From NCBI GenBank assembly GCA_050952645.1, contig JBMNLI010000010.1:256001-320000 (forward strand): 64,000 bases of DNA, written 5' to 3'. This stretch comes from Bdellovibrionota bacterium (GTDB taxonomy: Bacteria > Bdellovibrionota_C > UBA2361 > CAKMMH01). Below are positions 25,530-37,677 of this stretch, piece by piece (positions within the stretch are counted from its first letter, which is position 1; each line of letters opens with the position of its first letter). The notes under the pieces are model-generated. The model was not told where the DNA came from. It worked only from the letters and a program-made list of their open reading frames with translations, and searched no databases. The position numbers and the translations under genes are program-made.

Positions 25530-25733
25530 CTACCTTGAAGAAGTCGAGTTGATTTCCGTGGGTTTATATGAACTATCAGATAACTTTGAAAGGCTTTTTG
25601 CGTTGACTGTAATCAGTCGTTTCAGCTTGGAATATGCACTTTCCTTTGCTGAATCGCTTACTCGTGATTCCACCACATAGACCGTACCTCCGATATCGGA
25701 TTTGGTTGTGCGGCTGTTACTTTGATTTTCCAT
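25530..25733 (-). CDS. tnpW: Transposon-encoded TnpW family protein
   Basis: IGGTVYVV...AKESAYSKLKRLI motif directly upstream of the recombinase; GGAGG RBS before ATG 25733. Confidence 0.75.
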   Translation of the reverse strand: MENQSNSRTTKSDIGGTVYVVESRVSDSAKESAYSKLKRLITVNAKSLSKLSDSSYKPTEINSTSSR

Positions 25734-25808
25734 ATCGTGACCTCCTGTCCGATGTTTTGAAGGAACTGGCACTGAGCCGAATTGATGACCCAGTACCTAA
25801 TCCATTAT

Positions 25809-26708
25809 TTAAGCTTTTATTTGTAATATTTTCAGAGCATCCGGTTGAATTAGCTTGCCATCCAATCTTTCGTAAGCAGAAAATCCAATTTGCCCCTGCA
25901 ATGCATATAACTCACTTAATTTCTTTATTGTTATTGGCTGACGCTCAATCAGCCAGTAATACGATAGATCTCCGAATACAATGCTTTTTGCTCCTGCTGA
26001 TACTGTAGGCATATATGGAGAGGTAACTACAGGCTTTCCGAAGATGGTGTTATCTGAAGTATTCCATAGATAACTGCCATTTGTATCTTTAAGGGTTCTA
26101 AGAAGCATGGATGTATTATCGTGCATGATAAACACAGCGTTATTTCGGTATTCATCTTTTAATGAAAAATACAGAGAGATAATCTCGTCAAAAGAGATGG
26201 TAGCACTATCTGCTGTAGTTACATCTGCGTCTGCCGTAAGTATACCTGTAGGCTGTGTTGTGCCATTTCCATTAAGTAATGCATTTTCCTCAGCCTTGCC
26301 AAAACGCTTCGCAAAATCACCCATCAGATACTTTTCAAGATTAAAGTTCATATCGGTGACGAATGAGCGGTTTAGCTTGACAAGAGATGCCAGCTTGTAT
26401 GATTTCACCAGAAACTGTGTAAATGTATCGGCATTTTCGGGAATTGGATCTCCGTCTTCAACCCAATCTGCTGTCCCCGTTGAGGATACCGCTTGAATTT
26501 TACCTTCTGCAGAAGATAGATTGATAACAGTAGCAAATCTACGGAATACATTCTCCTTTGCCAAAGCAGTGTTAAAGCCTTCTCTGAACTCATCTGGTGC
26601 GACATAGGCTCCTACATTATCAAAGCCCTCGCTTAGATTTTGATTGTTTTCTTCTTTTCCTTTCATAACATTCCAAAACGCTCTATTATAAGTTGTTGAT
26701 GTTGCCAT
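25809..26708 (-). CDS. HK97-family phage major capsid protein
   Basis: GAYVAPDEF, ADWVEDG, YKLA, EENALLNGNGTTQPTGI, LKDTNGSYLW, FGDLSYY, ERLDGKL. Confidence 0.9.
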   Translation of the reverse strand: MATSTTYNRAFWNVMKGKEENNQNLSEGFDNVGAYVAPDEFREGFNTALAKENVFRRFATVINLSSAEGKIQAVSSTGTADWVEDGDPIPENADTFTQFLVKSYKLASLVKLNRSFVTDMNFNLEKYLMGDFAKRFGKAEENALLNGNGTTQPTGILTADADVTTADSATISFDEIISLYFSLKDEYRNNAVFIMHDNTSMLLRTLKDTNGSYLWNTSDNTIFGKPVVTSPYMPTVSAGAKSIVFGDLSYYWLIERQPITIKKLSELYALQGQIGFSAYERLDGKLIQPDALKILQIKA

Positions 26709-26739
26709 AATCGTTTACCTCCTAAATTTTATTAAATGT

Positions 26740-26840
26740 GGGGTATATACCCCGTTTGAAACCGCGTTTTTTTACACGTTGCCCCACGCCCGTTGTCCAG
26801 ATGAAAAGGTGTGGAGATTTGACCTCCCCTAGGGGCAGGT
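26740..26840 (-). other. cos-like packaging site
   Basis: GC-rich non-coding tract CCCCTAGGGGAGGTCAAATCTCC...GGGCGTGGGGCAACGTGTAAAAAAACGCG...GGGGTATATACCCC, recalled as resembling cos regions of Firmicute HK97-like phages. Confidence 0.5.
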
Positions 26841-26886
26841 ATTAACACATGGAGTTGTATCCATTGTTTTCACTGGTTTTAAGCTT

Positions 26887-26974
26887 TGTAGCAAGATGTA
26901 GCAGGTAAAAACTAAACTCTCTATACGAGAGCGATTTTTTATATAACCTGTTTTTCTTGCTACAAGCTGCTACA
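26887..26974. other. Putative replication origin with inverted iterons
   Basis: TGTAGCA twice (26887, 26897) and TGCTACA twice (26958, 26968) around an AT-rich core, just downstream of the primase. Confidence 0.65.
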
Positions 26975-26980
26975 CTGTGT

Positions 26981-29303
26981 TTAAATAAGAAGAAATTCTT
27001 CTTCAGTCAGCTTATATCCGATAAGCATTGTGGTCATTCCACCACCAGAACGTGGTCGTTTCCGTTCTACACGGGCGATAGCTGTTAAGGCTTGTTTGAA
27101 GTTTCTTGCATTCTCCGAATAACAGCCATTGGCACTGCACCAACGCTGATACCGGCCATACACTTCGGATGTCCGCACCTCACTGTTAGGACTTTCCTCC
27201 AAGGCATCCTCGAAAAATAATGCTATTTTATCGCTGTCACGCTTATAAGCCTCCGTTGCTGTCTTAACGGAAACAGGTAAAGTCAAGCCTTCCTTCTTTA
27301 ACAGCTGATAGCCTTCAATTAGCCAGTTGAGGATAGCACTCTGATTCTTCGGTTTGGCGAATTCGCGTTTTAAGTTTTTATCCTGCTCGCTTTCATCGAA
27401 GTGTCGTTCAAAAGGGATAATCACCACTCTGCCACTGGAAAACAGCGTCATATCCGTAATAACGGGCAGATAATTGGTGTTGATATACAGCTTAAACTTT
27501 GGTGAAAAGTCAAAAGAATTCTCATGTAGAAACCTTGCGTTGATGGTGTCACCACCCGTCATGCTTTTTACCTGTGCAGCATTTAGGACAAGTCCTCTGC
27601 TAGGTTCGGAGATATTCACAAAGCGTACTCCTGCAAGCCGGGCAATATCTTCACTTGGACTTGAACTGTTATTGTTCTTTTTCAGACTGATAGTCTCCGG
27701 CCTTGCGGTACAGCCATAACTGCCTAACACCTTAAGAACGCTCTCACATAGCGTACCTTTACCGTTTCGAGTTGTAGCACCATAGAGAACAAACAGGCAT
27801 TCATACCGAGTGTCTCCGCTGATACTGTAGCCAAAGGCTTTTTGGAGGAATTTTGCCTTTTCCTCATCTCCGCTCATAATCTCATGAATAAATCTATCCC
27901 ATCGCTCACTTTTTGCTTCTGGGTCATATTTAACACCAGATATCTTTGTAAGTCTGTCCTCGCTGTTGTGGGGACGAAAATCCATAGACATTAAAAACAA
28001 GGTGCCATTGGCACAGTTGAGCATCTGCGGGTCTTGGTCAAATTCAGCCATTGATATGGGATATACGCTCTGTGCATCCTTAAGTACCGTTTCTCGGTAT
28101 CTTCTTGACTGCCACTTTCGGCAATAGTCAATGTATGCCTTTCTTTGATGTTCATCCTGAATAGTCAAAGCATAGGTTAGCAGTTGGTTAGCCAATGATT
28201 TACACATTTCCATCACTTTGAGATTACCGACATCAGGAATCCAAATGCCATTCTCATAGCAAAACCACATCTTCCTTTCGGGAACAAAGCGGGCTAAAGA
28301 TTTATAATAATCAGCAAACAGCCTGCTTGCCCCAATATCCGTCCAAGGGTAGCGATCGTTACTCTCAGGCTTAAAGTCAGCAAGGGAACATTCTCCAAAA
28401 TCTTCTGTAGCTGATGAACGCTTACCACCTGGTTTGTATATTTCAGTAGCATTTGCGATTGCTTTTTCTATGGTTATCATTCCATAAGTGCTGCCAGACT
28501 GCGGTCTATTCCATTTATCCCTCATTAAGCCGCTTTTTCGGAAAAGTCTGTCCATCTGTCCAATATCCCTGCCACACCAAAATGCCAGCATACCGCAAAG
28601 TGCCAAATCAGCTTCACTGGCAGAAGCATAACCAGATGTATCTCCCTGCCATAATGCTTTGAACCTTTCTCCATTTGCCGATTTTAAAGCCTTCTCAATA
28701 ACAGACTTGTCAGACAAATAGGATTGACTTTCTGCATCCAGAATTTGCTTCACAGGGGTAGGACGCAACATATACTTGTCTAGTATCATCTGTAATTCAT
28801 ACGATTTCTCCGCTATATCACCATCTGCAAACATATTTCCCGTTACGGTAACAAATCGGTTTGTTGCCCCTGATACATAGATCTCAACTCCTAGCTTTCT
28901 GTGTTGACATAGTATTTTGCTTTGTCGAAGTCATAGCCTGTGGCCTTAAAGAAAATATGAAGCCCTTTTTCAGATGGACTGTGTTCCATATAGCAACCAC
29001 TAAAAGCCTCTACAACATTTTGGGTAACAGGCTTAAGCTTACCACCACTATCAAAGCAATCATCTAAGTCGATAACACATATGTCATTACCCACCAAAAA
29101 TCCGATACTATCATAATCACTTATAGCAGCTACCGCTGAACTAAAATCTTTAAATGTACCACGTTGATTTGGTTTTGCCCTTTTCCTGTTACCGGGTTAT
29201 AGGGAACTTTGGTTTTTCTACCACTTCGCTCTTCATATTTCCAACAGCAAAACTGTGGCTTACTTTTGAGTATCTGTGGCAAGTTATCATATTGTGGTTT
29301 CAG
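26981..29303 (-). CDS. Primase-polymerase / P4-D5-type SF3 helicase, frameshifts near 29182 and 28903
   Basis: N-terminal KVPYNP...IDLDDC...[30 protein letters not shown] Walker A, NYLP; possible CTG start after GGAGGTG. Confidence 0.88.
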
Positions 29304-29930
29304 TTATTTCACCTCCTTGCCTGTTAAAAATGACCCGAAACGCTACTGTTCCAGAGAGTTTGCCTTGTTGGACACAACCTCGTTATCTTTCAAGGAATAC
29401 GCTCGGAATTATCGTCATGGCATATTCTGCTTGAAGTATCTCTTGCATTTCGGGGTATTCAGTTGTCAAGGAGCAGTGAGAGAAAAACTATGCTTTCATT
29501 GGGGGATTATTTTTCCTCTCACCTTATAGCCTTGGTAGAACACATTAGTTGAGGATTTTAGAAAAAAATCTTTCTTCCTCATTCATAAGCGAAGAATTCT
29601 ATTGATTCGAACCCCTAAAATAAAAAAACAGCCTGTCTGTTTTCCAAGGAAAAGACGGCTGTAATGCTTATGCTTTTGCTCAAATTTGAGCGAAAGTGGT
29701 ATTAAATTTAAGAAGGCTGAATGTTATAACTTTGCCTTTGGTTTTACAAATAGACTTACAGACATTTTTGTCTAAAAGTATTTATTTAAATAAAAACAAA
29801 AATAAAGGCATACACAACTATCATTATCTTTGTTAACATTGTAAAATTACTTCACAAACACAGAATTATCATGTTATTTTTGAAGAAAATGTGCTATAAT
29901 GGAAAAAACATATATAAAGAGGTGACCAAG

Positions 29931-30152
29931 ATGACCGTTAGCTATAAAAAGCTTTGGAAATTGTTGATAGACCGCGATATGAAGAAGAAAGATTTACAAG
30001 CTGCTGCGGGAATAAGTCCATCGTCAATTTCAAAGCTTTCTAAAAACGAATATGTCAGTATGGACGTTCTTGTAAAGGTTTGTACGGCACTTGGCGTTGA
30101 TTTTAAAGATATCATGGAATTAGTGCCTAATATGGTTGAAGAAAGGGAGTAG
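29931..30152 (+). CDS. Xre/Cro-family HTH regulator
   Basis: [20 protein letters not shown]...ISKL...DIME; GAGGTG RBS before ATG 29931. Confidence 0.9.
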   Translation: MTVSYKKLWKLLIDRDMKKKDLQAAAGISPSSISKLSKNEYVSMDVLVKVCTALGVDFKDIMELVPNMVEERE

Positions 30153-30156
30153 AGTT

Positions 30157-31726
30157 ATGGAGAATAACAGAAAAGAACAGGAACGGGCGGAATTACACCG
30201 CACGATATGGAATATGGCAAATGATCTAAGAGGCAGTGTAGATGGATGGGACTTTAAGCAATATGTTCTAGGAATGCTGTTTTACCGCTACATATCTGAA
30301 AATATTACTGCCTATATTAACGCCGGAGAATGGGAAGCTGGCAATACGGAATTTGATTATGCTAAGCTATCCGACGAAGAAGCAGAACAGGCACGAGAGG
30401 ATTTAGTTAAGACAAAAGGCTTCTTTATCTTACCCAGCGAGCTTTTTGAAAATGTCCGAGCTCGTGCAAAGGACGATGAAAACTTAAATGAAACACTAGA
30501 ACAGATTTTCAGTAATATAGAAGCATCTGCCCAAGGAACAGAGAGTGAAGATAATTTCAAAGGTCTGTTTGACGATATTGATGTTAACAGCAATAAGCTA
30601 GGTAACACTGTAGTAAAGCGTAATGAAAAGCTGGTTAAGCTAATGAATTCTGTTGGAGAAATGAAGCTGGGAGATTACAAAGACAATACCATAGATGCAT
30701 TCGGTGATGCTTATGAATTTTTAATGGGTATGTATGCATCCAATGCCGGAAAAAGTGGTGGTGAATACTATACGCCGCAGGAGGTTTCTGAACTCCTTAC
30801 CCACTTAACATTAGTAGGAAAAACTGAAGTCAACAAGGTATATGACCCCGCTTGCGGTTCTGGCTCTCTACTGCTAAAGTTTGCAAAAATCTTAGGAAAA
30901 GAAAATGTACGTCAAGGTTTCTTCGGTCAAGAAATCAACATTACAACCTACAACCTGTGCAGAATTAATATGTTCCTGCACGATATTGATTATGACAAAT
31001 TTGATATTGCCCTTGGGGACACACTAACAGATCCGCAACATTGGGATGATGAGCCTTTTGAAGCCATTGTATCAAATCCACCTTACTCTATTAAATGGAA
31101 GGGCGACAATGATCCTATTTTGATTAATGATCCCTCGCTTTTCTCCAGCGGGAGTATTGGCTCCTAAATCCAAGGCAGACCTTGCTTTTATTATGCATAG
31201 TCTCTCTTGGCTTGCAACAAACGGAACAGCGGCTATCGTTTGTTTCCCCGGTGTAATGTACCGCGGAGGCGCTGAAAAGAAAATCAGGCAGTACCTGATT
31301 GACAATAACTATATCGACTGTATCATTCAGTTACCGGATAACTTGTTTTATGGTACCAGCATTGCTACCTGCATTATGGTGCTGAAGAAGTCTAAATCAG
31401 AAAATAGCACCTTATTTATCGATGCATCAAAGGAATTTGTCAAGGTTACGAATAACAACAAGCTGACACAGGAAAATATTGAGACCATTCTTAACGCATT
31501 CAAAGATAGAAAAGATATAGAGCATTTTGCTAGGCTTGTGCCAAACAGTGAAATAGCTGAACAAGATTATAACCTGTCTGTTTCAACATATGTGGAACAA
31601 GAGGATACGAGAGAAAAGATTGATATTGTTGCCCTCAATGCTGAGATAGAAAAGATTGTGGCGAGAGAGCAGATTTTACGGGAAGAAATAGATAAGATTA
31701 TTGCGGAAATTGAGGTGGGCAAATGA
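30157..31726 (+). CDS. hsdM: Type I R-M methyltransferase subunit, frameshift near 31133
   Basis: [21 protein letters not shown]; frames join as NDPRFSPAG. Confidence 0.95.
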
Positions 31727-32883
31727 GTAAGTTAGATGAATTGATTGCTGAACTTTGCCCTGATGGGGTGGAGTATGTTCGACTTGCGGAATGTTGTGAT
31801 ATAGAGGACAATAAACGGAAGCCTGTTAAATCATCATTACGCATACCAGGTGACACTCCGTATTATGGTGCTAACAATATCCAAGATTATGTTGAGGGAT
31901 ATACGCACTATGGACAATATGTACTAATTGCAGAAGATGGCTCTGCAAGTCTTGAAAATTATTCTGTACAATATGTAGATGGTTTCTTTTGGGCTAACAA
32001 CCATGTCCATGTTATAAAAGGCCGTAAGGATCTAGATACCAAGTTTTTATATTACTACTTAACAAGTTTTAATTTTATCCCCTTCTTGACCGGAGGAACA
32101 AGAGCTAAACTAAATAAGGGGAATATGGAGGAAATCCCAATCCCCCTTCCCCCTCTACCTGTGCAGCAGGAAATTGTCCGTATTCTGGACAATTTCACAG
32201 AGCTTACAGCAGAGCTTACAGCAGAGCTTACAGCAGAGCTTACAGCAAGAAGAAAGCAGTATGAGTATTATAGGGATTTTCTGCTTACGTTTGGTAATAA
32301 CCCCGATATCAAGTGGATGACATTGGGGGAAATTGGACCTGTTTGTATGTGTAAGCGTATTATGAAAGCAGAAACAAGTCCAGTTGGTGATGTTCCATTC
32401 TTTAAAATTGGGACATTTGGAAAAGAACCAGATGCTTTTATTTCACAGGAAAAATATGATGAATACCGAAAAGCATTTTCTTTCCCTAAAAAAGGCGATA
32501 TTCTTATATCTGCTGCTGGAACAATCGGAAGAACAGTAATTTATGATGGAAAACCAGCTTATTACCAAGATTCTAATATTGTGTGGATTGATAATGATGA
32601 GAGTAAAGTGTTAAATAAATATCTATATTATTGCTATGCGATGAAGCCTTGGTCAATATCTACTGGGGGAACTATTGCAAGGCTATATAATGACAATATT
32701 TCAAAGGCTAAAATTCCTGTCCCACCCTTAGAAGAACAAGAACGCATCGTCGCTATCCTCGATCGCTTTGACGCTCTCTGCAACGACTTAACCAGCGGCA
32801 TTCCGGCCGAAATCGAAGCACGGCAAAAGCAATATGAATATTACAGAGATAAACTGTTATCTTTCAAGGAGGTGACGGCATGA
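31723..32883 (+). CDS. hsdM-associated hsdS: Type IC R-M specificity subunit
   Basis: Two TRDs, IPLPPLPVQQEIV conserved regions, TAEL repeats, QYEYYRD. Confidence 0.95.
   Translation: MSKLDELIAELCPDGVEYVRLAECCDIEDNKRKPVKSSLRIPGDTPYYGANNIQDYVEGYTHYGQYVLIAEDGSASLENYSVQYVDGFFWANNHVHVIKGRKDLDTKFLYYYLTSFNFIPFLTGGTRAKLNKGNMEEIPIPLPPLPVQQEIVRILDNFTELTAELTAELTAELTARRKQYEYYRDFLLTFGNNPDIKWMTLGEIGPVCMCKRIMKAETSPVGDVPFFKIGTFGKEPDAFISQEKYDEYRKAFSFPKKGDILISAAGTIGRTVIYDGKPAYYQDSNIVWIDNDESKVLNKYLYYCYAMKPWSISTGGTIARLYNDNISKAKIPVPPLEEQERIVAILDRFDALCNDLTSGIPAEIEARQKQYEYYRDKLLSFKEVTA
32199..32246 (+). repeat. 12-bp tandem repeat (4 copies) encoding the TAEL spacer
   Basis: AGAGCTTACAGC x4. Confidence 0.95.
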
Positions 32884-35800
32884 GCATTTACAACATCGTT
32901 GCCAGTACTGACGAAGCAACGGTTGTTGCTGAATATGCAGCTGAATATAATGTCCGTCCTGAAAAGTATCAGAGCGAGGCAGAACTTGAGCGGGAGTTTA
33001 TCAGGCAACTGACTTCCCAAGGATATGAATATATTTCAGTGCACAATGAAGCTGCATTGATAGAAAATCTCCGAAAGCAACTTGAACTGCTTAATGACTT
33101 CACATTTACTGACAGTGAATGGGATAGATTTTTCACAGAATGTATTGCCAATACAAATGAGGGTATTGTTGAAAAGACCAGAAAAATTCAGGATGACCAT
33201 ATCCAGATTCTAAAACGTGAAGATGGAACAACAAAGAACATATACCTTTTGGATAAGAAGAATATCCATAACAATCGCTTGCAGGTTATTAATCAATACG
33301 AAGAAGCGGTGGCAAGCATGAAACCCGATATGATGTAACAATCCTTGTAAATGGACTTCCACTAGTTCATGTGGAGTTAAAGCGTCGTGGTGTTGCTATC
33401 CGTGAAGCCTTCAACCAGATAAAAAGATACCAACGTGACAGCTTTTGGGCGGCTTCTGGTTTATTTGAGTATGTGCAAATATTCGTAATCTCAAATGGCA
33501 CCCATACAAAGTATTATAGTAACACCACAAGAAATGCTCATATCAAGGAGCAAAGCAGCAGTGAACGTCGAAGAAGCAAAAAAACAAGCAACAGCTTTGA
33601 GTTTACCAGCTTTTGGGCAGATGCAAACAACAAAATTATTCCTGACCTTGTGGACTTTACTAAAACATTTTTTGCCAAGCATACCCTCTTAAATATACTA
33701 ACAAAATATTGTATCTTTACATCTGAAGATCTGCTCCTTGTAATGCGTCCTTATCAAATAGCTGCTGCAGAACGTATATTATCACGTATTGTAGTATCAA
33801 CCAACTACAAGAAGATGGGCACAACTGCAGCTGGAGGATATATTTGGCATACAACAGGCTCTGGTAAGACATTGACCAGTTTTAAGACAGCCCAATTAGC
33901 TTCTGCCTTGCCTTACATAGACAAGGTACTGTTTGTCGTTGACCGTAAAGACCTAGACTATCAGACTATGAAGGAATATGACCGTTTTGAAAAGGGGGCA
34001 GCTAACGGTAATACGTCCACAAGAGTTCTTCAAAGACAATTGGAGGACAGGGACGAAAAAGGAAATCCTCATGAATACAAAATCATTGTAACCACTATTC
34101 AGAAGCTGGATATATTTATACGTAAAAACAAACAGCATGATATTTATAAGAAACACGTGGTACTGATTTTTGATGAGTGCCACCGTTCCCAATTTGGTGA
34201 AATGCATCAAGCTATCACGAAGAGTTTTAAGAACTACCATATCTTCGGCTTTACGGGAACCCCGATTTTTGCTGCCAATGCTAGTTCAGGAGGTAACCCA
34301 CTGCTTCGCACAACCGAGCAGGCTTTTGGAGAAAAACTGCATACTTATACCATTGTAGATGCCATCAATGATGGGAATGTTCTGCCTTTTAGAATAGATT
34401 TTATCAATACCATTAAGATGCCTGATTACGTTAATGATAAAAAAGTCTATAGCATAGATAGAGAAAAAGCCTTAGCAGATCCACAGCGAATCAGTGAAAT
34501 TGTTTCTTACGTTCTTGAACACTTTGATCAGAAGACGAAGCGCAATAGTTATTACACATTCTCTGCGAAATGGGAAGAAGCAGATAAGCACAACCCTAAA
34601 AAGATGATTGAAAAGCGTGAAACAAGGCGAGTTGCCGGTTTCAACTCCATATTTGCTGCTGCATCCATCCCAATGGCAATCAGATACTATAATGAGTTTA
34701 AGAAGCAGATAGCGGAAAAGAACCGTAACCTTACCATTGCAACTATTTTCAGTTTTAGTGCAAATGAAGAAGAGCCAGATGGATTGCTTCCTGAAGAGGA
34801 TTTTAATATGGAAAACCTTGACCAGAGCTCCAGAGATTTTCTTGAGGCGGCTATCCGAGATTACAATTCCACATTTAACACGAATTACGATACTTCCTCG
34901 GATAAGTTCCAGAATTATTATAAAGACCTCTCTCTTCGTGTAAAGAATCGGGAGATTGATATATTGATTGTTGTTAATATGTTTCTTACAGGCTTTGATG
35001 CAACAACCCTGAATACGCTATGGGTAGACAAAAATCTGAGACAGCATGGACTGATTCAGGCTTTTTCAAGAACTAACCGCATCCTAAACAGCGTTAAGAC
35101 CTATGGTAATATCGTTTGCTTTAGAGATTTGAAAGAAGAAACAGACAAAGCTATTGCACTATTCGGCAATAAGGATGCAGGCGGTATTGTACTGCTAAAA
35201 ACATTCGATGAATATTATAAGGGATATGATGAAAAAGGTGAACACAAGCCGGGCTATGCTGAACTGATTGCAACCCTTACAACACAGTATCCCCTTGGAC
35301 AACCTATTCTCGGAGAAGAAGCTGAAAAAGAATTTATCAGGTTATATGGAGCAATACTTCGACTCAGAAATATTCTTACTTCCTTCGATGACTTTGAAGG
35401 AAATGAGATTTTATCTGAAAGGGATTTTCAGGACTATCAGAGCATTTATATTGACCTGTATCAGGAATACAGAAAAGGTGCTGATGGTGACAAAGAAACT
35501 ATCAATGATGACATAGTTTTCGAGATTGAACTGGTCAAACAGATAGAGGTAAATATTGACTACATCCTTATGCTTGTAGCCAAATATCAACAATCCAACT
35601 GCAAGGATAAAACCATTCTTACGACCATTGATAAGGCTATCAATTCGAGTATTGAACTTCGAAGTAAGAAAGAACTTATCGAGCGTTTTATTGAGCAAGT
35701 CAATGTATCGACCAAAGTGGATGAGGATTGGCGTAAATTCCTCCATGAGCGTAAGGAAGCGGATATTACAGCAATTATAGAAGAAGAAAGATTAAAGCCT

Positions 35801-35980
35801 GAAGAAACCCGCCGTTTCATCGACAATGCTTTCCGAGATGGGATACTTAAAACGACCGGTACAGCTATTGATAAAATCATGCCACCTGTATCTCGCTTTG
35901 GCGGAGGCAGAGCCGCGAAAAAGCAAGGAATTATCGAAAAACTAATGTTATTCTTTGAGAAGTATTTAGGATTGATATAG
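32880..35980 (+). CDS. hsdR: Type I restriction subunit (EcoR124I-like), frameshift near 33308
   Basis: QSEAELE, RYDVTILVNGLPLVHVELK after frame repair, HTTGSGKT, DECH, FTGTP, MFLTGFD, QAFSRTNR. Confidence 0.95.
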
Positions 35981-36023
35981 ATTAATATCAATCGCTAATT
36001 CAAAAATAATATCTTTATAAAAA

Positions 36024-36070
36024 ACCAGTCACTTCAAGCATTCATGCCTGATTGTGACTGGTCTCTTTTT
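36024..36070 (+). terminator. Rho-independent terminator after hsdR
   Basis: ACCAGTCAC...GTGACTGGT followed by CTCTTTTT. Confidence 0.65.
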
Positions 36071-36150
36071 GCTCCGCTTGAAGCTGTTCATTTAAGTTTT
36101 TCTTCAATCCCTAAGTGAACGCTTCTTTGGGAAGTGTGGTTTTATTTCAT

Positions 36151-37164
36151 TTAACGCGGAACTTCGACGTCACCGTCAGTGTAGGCAATTTCGTATTTCT
36201 TATCCCACTTAGTGCCAAAGAGTTCGGAATAAACTTCGATCTCACCCTCGGGCATCTTAACTACACCAGTTTCCGAACTATAATCGGGAGCATAGATAAT
36301 GCCATCAAGGGGACTTGCCTTGCTAAGAAAACGCTTGCCACCTGCTTTGCCCTGTTCGCCATTATAAACTTCAACAAGCACATTATCGATTAATTGAGAT
36401 TCGGAAGATGCAATAGCACACTTCCTCAAATCAATTTCAACGGTAATGATTTCAATCGCTTGCAAATTCATGAAGCGAGTATCAAGAAAGCATCTGCAAG
36501 TTTCTTCTCTAGCAGTATTAGGTTCGAAGGTAACATCCATCGTATGAAGCCAGTCAAGATTGCCCTTATAGATTTTAGCATGCAAGTATTCAGGGAAATC
36601 TTTTCTTCCAAATACTGGATAGTTAGCACCATTGTCACACTTGATGCCAACAAGCTGTCCTTGCGTATTAATAACCAACAACTCTTGACGAACCTCATTA
36701 AGCATCGTAAATCCGATAGGATTATTAGGAGCTCCTGCTTCCCTTGCGTCGATATTGTTTACTTAGCCAGAGATACCACTAGCCCATAAAATGCTTTTTT
36801 TATTCCCTGCACTATCAAGAATTTTTTTCTTTTGCGTATTTACAATAATACCTTCTTCCTCTTCTCCATTCTTTAAAATGAACTCGCCTCTAACTAATGC
36901 CGTCGTTCCAACACCAGAAATGCGGACACAACCATTGGCTTCTAATTGCTCGCGACAGGGAAATTTGCCATATTCTCCCCGTGCATCTTGAAGCGTTTTA
37001 AAGTCTTCATTTTCCTTATCAGGCGTACAAATCCAACCGTTTTCACCAACCTCCAATCTATACTGAAAAGAATTATGTGCTGGACTGCCTTCATTCATAC
37101 AATAAAGACCGTCTCGCTTATAGACACTACCATCGTTAGGTATTATAATAATGTTGTTAGGCAA
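36151..37164 (-). pseudogene. Unknown gene split by a single in-frame TAA (36763-36765)
   Basis: ORFs 36763-37164 and 36151-36705 are in the same frame with only one stop between them. Confidence 0.5.
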
Positions 37165-37395
37165 CTTACTGCCCTAACCTTTCTAGCACCAGATTAATCA
37201 GTGCCTCTAAAACCCAATAAGTAAAATCTAATTACAAAGTTTTTTACTTTTAAATTTCATCATTAATACTAATGAATGAAATATTTTTACCTTGCATTAA
37301 ATTCACTCATAAAACTAAAAATATCTTAAAGGTAAAATACCTATAAGCAAATTATACAAATAAACCACTCCATCTACTCAAAACATATTGATACC

Positions 37396-37605
37396 AAAAC
37401 TTGTAATTTTAAATAACACTACGTAACAAATAAATCACACTCTTTTTAGTTCATATAACATAACAGAGTTTGATTTAACAGTCAAGCTTTCAGCTTAACT
37501 AAAACTTGTAATTTTAAATAAAACTACGTAACAAATAAATTACACTCTTTTTAGTTCACATAATATAACGGAATTTGATTTAGTAGTCAAGCTTTCAGCT
37601 TAACT
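37396..37605. repeat. 105-bp imperfect direct tandem duplication
   Basis: AAAACTTGTAATTTTAAATAA...CAAGCTTTCAGCTTAACT, twice. Confidence 0.9.
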
Positions 37606-37677
37606 AATTTAGCCCTTAAATTAAGGTTCTTCACTTTTAAAGGCGGGATTTAAATTCTAAAAAATTAGCATTACTAA

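Noticed and set aside
29209..29529. 106-aa plus-strand ORF
   Set aside because: Antisense to the primase 5' end and leader, with no recognisable motif or RBS
31120..33320. Programmed frameshifting or phase variation in hsdM and hsdR
   Set aside because: No long homopolymer or slippery heptamer at the shift sites; the same indel pattern occurs in housekeeping genes
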